64,000 nt of DNA from Chrysomallon squamiferum. Lineage: Eukaryota > Animalia > Mollusca. How positions within the stretch are numbered: position 1 is the first letter of the stretch; every line of letters begins with the position of its first letter. The DNA lies in contig CM022679.1 of assembly GCA_012295275.1 (NCBI GenBank), positions 11,160,001 through 11,224,000 on the forward strand, read 5' to 3'. The translations under genes were made by a program, and so were the position numbers. The notes beneath the pieces were generated by a model. That model saw nothing but the letters and a program-made list of their open reading frames with translations. It ran no database searches and was not told where the DNA came from. Of the stretch, positions 55,304-64,000 are shown one piece after another.

Positions 55304-58300
55304 AATGTTAGACATAGGTTGTTTTCAGATTAATGTTTCTCATAATGTTTAATCAGAAACAGATAAATATTTTTTTGATAAAAACACAATTATTAATGTT
55401 AAATAAAACCAATAAAAATATCAGTTCCAGGCAGATTAATATTTAAGCCTGTATTTAATCTCATCAGGGCAGAGGTGAATATAACAGTATACTGGCAAAA
55501 CTGGAACAATTGCATATGATAATCAGGCATTGTGGTGGCTTCACGAAAATATGATACAGTTTACATTTTAAAGGTAATTTCATTTAAAAATGCTGACAAC
55601 TGACAAAGATGAATTAAGTCATACTAGTTCATTCATTATTATTGTTGTATCTTTATGAGTTAATACTGATTTAAACTTAAAGAATATATGTATTTTTTTT
55701 TTAAAACAATTTCAACATATTCATCTGTCTGAAATTCATATTCACTTAAATCCATTTATCATTTTTTGTTAAATTGCTTCAATATTCCTGTATTTTTTAA
55801 GACAATTCACTAAATTACTTTTAATCACCTCAGGATGTAAAGTTAAATGAAATTTTTTATTAGTCTCCTTATCAAAATAATTGATTAAATCTAGACAAAA
55901 CTCAAAATGTTTACCAAAATAACTTTTTTTTTGAAAAATTTCTCATTCAACATTTTAAAATTATTTCTACATTCAAAATGTTCACGTCACTTCCAAGTGT
56001 GGGAAACAAAACTGGACTTCTTTACATTTACTTGTTTTACAGTTAATAACTCATAACACAGGCATTCAAAATATCTGGCCTTAATACTTAATTGCTCATT
56101 GAATCAAATGAAGATTGAATAGTTTAAAAGAAAATATTAATAACAATGACAAGACTTGTGACTGTAATTATTTATTTTTAAAATACAGTTTATGTAATGG
56201 TTTATATATACAAATTCATATATGTTTTTCATTATATTATGAATTGCACCCTTCTAGTCTAATAATGACATAAACACAGAAATAAAGATATTTGAAATAA
56301 AATTAATTAAAACACCATTTTAAATAAAAATTAAAAGAAAAGACCCACAAAAACACATTTTGATAACCGGTACTTGAGTGTCAAAATGACCAAACTATAC
56401 TATTTATATACTTTTATAATTCTAATTTCATCTTTATGTTTATGAAAAAACAACAAGTCTGTTAAAAAATCTCAGAGATTTAGTAAAATTGCTTCTAATT
56501 TATAAATTTAATCTTTCAATAGAATAAACTTTTTGCACCGTTATCCATTTAACATATGGTATATTTAAAATAATCTTTAAATATCTTAGATATCACTATT
56601 AAGGGGATTCAAAATATTATTAAAACTATTAGCAAGTAAAGATTTAAAAAAAACATAACTGTAGCTAATGTGTTGAATTTTCAGATTGAATTAATTTTTA
56701 AAATGAGCATTAACAAGAAATCAAGAAATAATGATTTTAAAAACGAAAATGTACTTTCCTTTTTAGTAGTAAATTTGATATTGTCAGAAACCTGGGAAGT
56801 TTCAATACATAAAAAGTGGGTAAATATTTTATTACATATATTATATGTATAGCTGTTGTTTATTTTTAGATTAGACAGTATATTTTATCAAAATATAGAA
56901 CTGTAAAGGTATTTAGTTATTTTTGATTCAGTGATTGTTTCAGACATTTTCAAGACCAACTTTTACATACATTTTCTACCGAAAGTTACTGAATACACTT
57001 TTAATTGCACAGTTAATCAATAAATATAACTGATATTCAATAAATATATCTTATATATACAAGAGATGAACACACACATTTATGTAACTCAATACAAAGA
57101 TTAAATAAATGAAATTAGTTTTTCCTTTTTATAAAATATTTTGGTACATTTCCAAGCAGTTGTTTTATTTCTTACTAGCTATCATAATACGTGGTAATAG
57201 TAATTATAGTGAGTAATAATAAAATAATCTCATGCAAATGCAAAGGACCTGATCTTTTTATTTTATTGTAAAATTACAAATATAACAGAAATGTTAAACA
57301 AATAAATAAATAAAAATCGTTGATAATAATCAACATCTTTACAATGATTAACTTGATGTAACAGGTTTTGTTTTTACGTATATGTATGAAATAACATTAT
57401 TTGAAAGGGGAAAATACTTTATGATCAACAAAGATTAGGTGCTAATTACAAATAAAACAATAATTTGAAAATATTCATATTTCTAGGCTGTTTATAGATA
57501 CACAGGGAAACTAATAAACCTGGAAAAGTAATAGTAACGATAACACATTTTTATTATTAATAAAGACAGCAGACAGTTATTATATAATGAAACAATGAAC
57601 ATATGTAAAGATAAAAAAATTATAAATTAACAATGATTAACAGTAAAAGTAAAAACTTTTAAAAGATTAAATAATGAACATATTCAACAGACAACACATT
57701 TTATAACTGTTAAGTAAGGAAGTAACAAAGGAGTTCATAAATCTATCACTGTTTTCTGATTATTTAATAAATTGAGAAACAATCTTTAAAATATTGTAAA
57801 TTAAAAATTAACAAAAAAGAATAAAAAATAAAGCAGTGCATAGAAGAATAAAAGCAAAAGAATAAAAGAACACAAAACAGATTAACAACAAAATAAACAT
57901 TTTTTTTTACTATGATTATATAAAAAAAAAAAAAAAAAAATAAAAAAATAAATAAAACGTTTATTATATCCATTTGTTTAATCTCACATGTTGCAGTGGT
58001 TTTCTGTTTGAGTAAACAAATGGTGGTTTTTGACAACTACTTTTTATTTTTTAAACAGTGTTTTAAAATAAAAACATGTTTCAACAGTGATAAAAGTAAT
58101 TCATGCAGGAAGCCAAGAAAGCACATTTAACATTTATAATGTAAACATTGTGTAGTATTTAAAAATTAAAATTATTTATAATTACATAAATTAGTAAAAT
58201 AAGAAAATAAATATTTGTTGAATACACACAAACAAATTTCCACACAAAATACAGTTATCAATTTAGTTCCTTTTTTAAAATAGAACTTTCTAACAGGATA

Positions 58301-58559
58301 AAAATTAAGCATAACCCATCTAATAAACTACTTTTACTATTCATCTATAAAATTATCTTGAAATAAAATAAAACCAAAATTATGCCTGACTTGGTATATA
58401 TACTGCAAGCTGAAACTAGTAATAGGTCCCCTCTTTTTATGTTTTCCTCACCAGTTGAGCAATCATATATTTCTTGTGAAATAACAAAACATTCCAACAT
58501 GGATCAATAAATGTCTTGAAAAAAAATGAAAACTACTTTTAACTACATCAGAAAATGAA

Positions 58560-62649
<4,090 letters not shown>

Positions 62650-63149
62650 TTATGAATATTGTCAAAAAAAATAATAAATAAAAAATAGAGTAAAAATAGA
62701 TTTAAAATAAATAAATCTTTTTTTTTTGTTAATATATAATGTAGATACTTTAAATTTATTTACTTATCTTTTTTTTTTTTTTAAATAATACTTATTTCCT
62801 TTCTATGTGTGCAAATTTTTTAGCTGTAATATTAATAAATCAATAAATAACTAATAATAAAAAAAAATTAATAACAAAAAATTTCAAAAATGTATTAGTA
62901 ATTAATAACTAAACTGCATTAAAAAGTTTTTTTAAAAATACTACTTAATTTGTAATTAAATATAATGTATTATTTCTGAAAAGAAATATACTTACTTATT
63001 TTCCTGGAGAAAATATATAAAAAGTTTAGTGTGATATTTTACTGTATAAAAAAATAAATGTATTTATATATTCCCTAAGAAATAAAATAATACAGTGCTT
63101 TTAATTAATGTGACCATCAGTGCAGAATTTCATAATTTATGTGCAGTAA

Positions 63150-63181
<32 letters not shown>

Positions 63182-63185
63182 TTAA

Positions 63186-63217
<32 letters not shown>

Positions 63218-63311
63218 TAGTAAGTTAATTAAAATTAATTGAAATCTAGCTGTGCAAACTATATTACAGCAATGAATATCTCTTCTTTTTGACATTTTAT
63301 ATAAAACTAAA

Positions 63312-63352
<41 letters not shown>

Positions 63353-64000
63353 AAACCCCAAAAACAAACAAACAAAACAATCAACAATAATAATCAAGAA
63401 AAAAAAAAACATTTAACTAATTGTTCATTTATTATTCCTATTAAGATAATTATTATATTATAAATAACTGAAAAATTGAAAAATGAAATTAAAAGTATGA
63501 ATGTTGCTTTATAAATCAGAGAGGTAGAGTTTGTGTGAGTTTTTTAAAAAGAAAAAAGAAAACTTGTTGACAGCTTTACACCCAAGTTTATTAATTCAGT
63601 TAATGACATGTTTAAATGAAAATGATGTCAATGATTCATCTTCACTATTCTAAAGTTATCCTCAAAAAATAAATATTTATCATTTTATATCAACATAATT
63701 AGAGAAAATATGTAATAACAGACTGTATGACTGAAATTATGAAACATAAAATTAATTATGTGATGAGTTAATTTTATTTGAGATTAAGACCAGTAAAATT
63801 TTATACACTGTCCATTTCTAAAATTTTATGTAGGAAAATGTATCTGACATTTAAACATTAACACAAAATGTATTCACTGTTGAGAAAAATAAATAGGTTT
63901 AAAGATGTTTATGAAAGATGTCAACAATTTTTTTTTAAAATAATGTAACAAAAAAACCCACCCCAAAACCCCCACATTGGCAACTATTGATTACTGGGGA

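Noticed and set aside
63582-63647. Possible extra PCYT2 linker exon (NSEDESLTSFSFK...) on minus
   Set aside because: The frame reaches a stop before any good donor, and it shows no similarity to PCYT2 that I can recognise.

Overview
Very AT-rich, microsatellite-dense animal genomic DNA with spliceosomal introns. It is invertebrate, probably mollusc/lophotrochozoan, judged from composition, the repeat types and the MAASM start of COQ7; this taxonomy is an inference. Most ORFs in the supplied track are low-complexity noise. There are four protein-coding loci: (1) the 5' part of an unrecognised minus-strand gene running off the left edge; (2) a two-coding-exon, minus-strand, ~414-aa beta-propeller-like SOCS-box protein with an MGxxxS N-terminus, apparently with a long multi-promoter 5' UTR and a long 3' UTR; (3) a complete 7-exon COQ7/clk-1 on plus; (4) the last seven exons of PCYT2 on minus, convergent with COQ7. 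At least four non-autonomous DNA transposons (MITEs) are visible. A CpG-retaining domain at ~2.2-15.2 kb has promoter motifs and candidate non-coding exons. The best unexplained signal is a near-perfect 35-bp intronic inverted copy of a PCYT2 splice acceptor plus exon start. It would fold over that 3' splice site, and the same exon ends at a U12-type minor intron that splits the HxGH motif. COQ7 also has tandem acceptors that switch between a full presequence and a uORF. All splice models were deduced by eye, with no transcript evidence.
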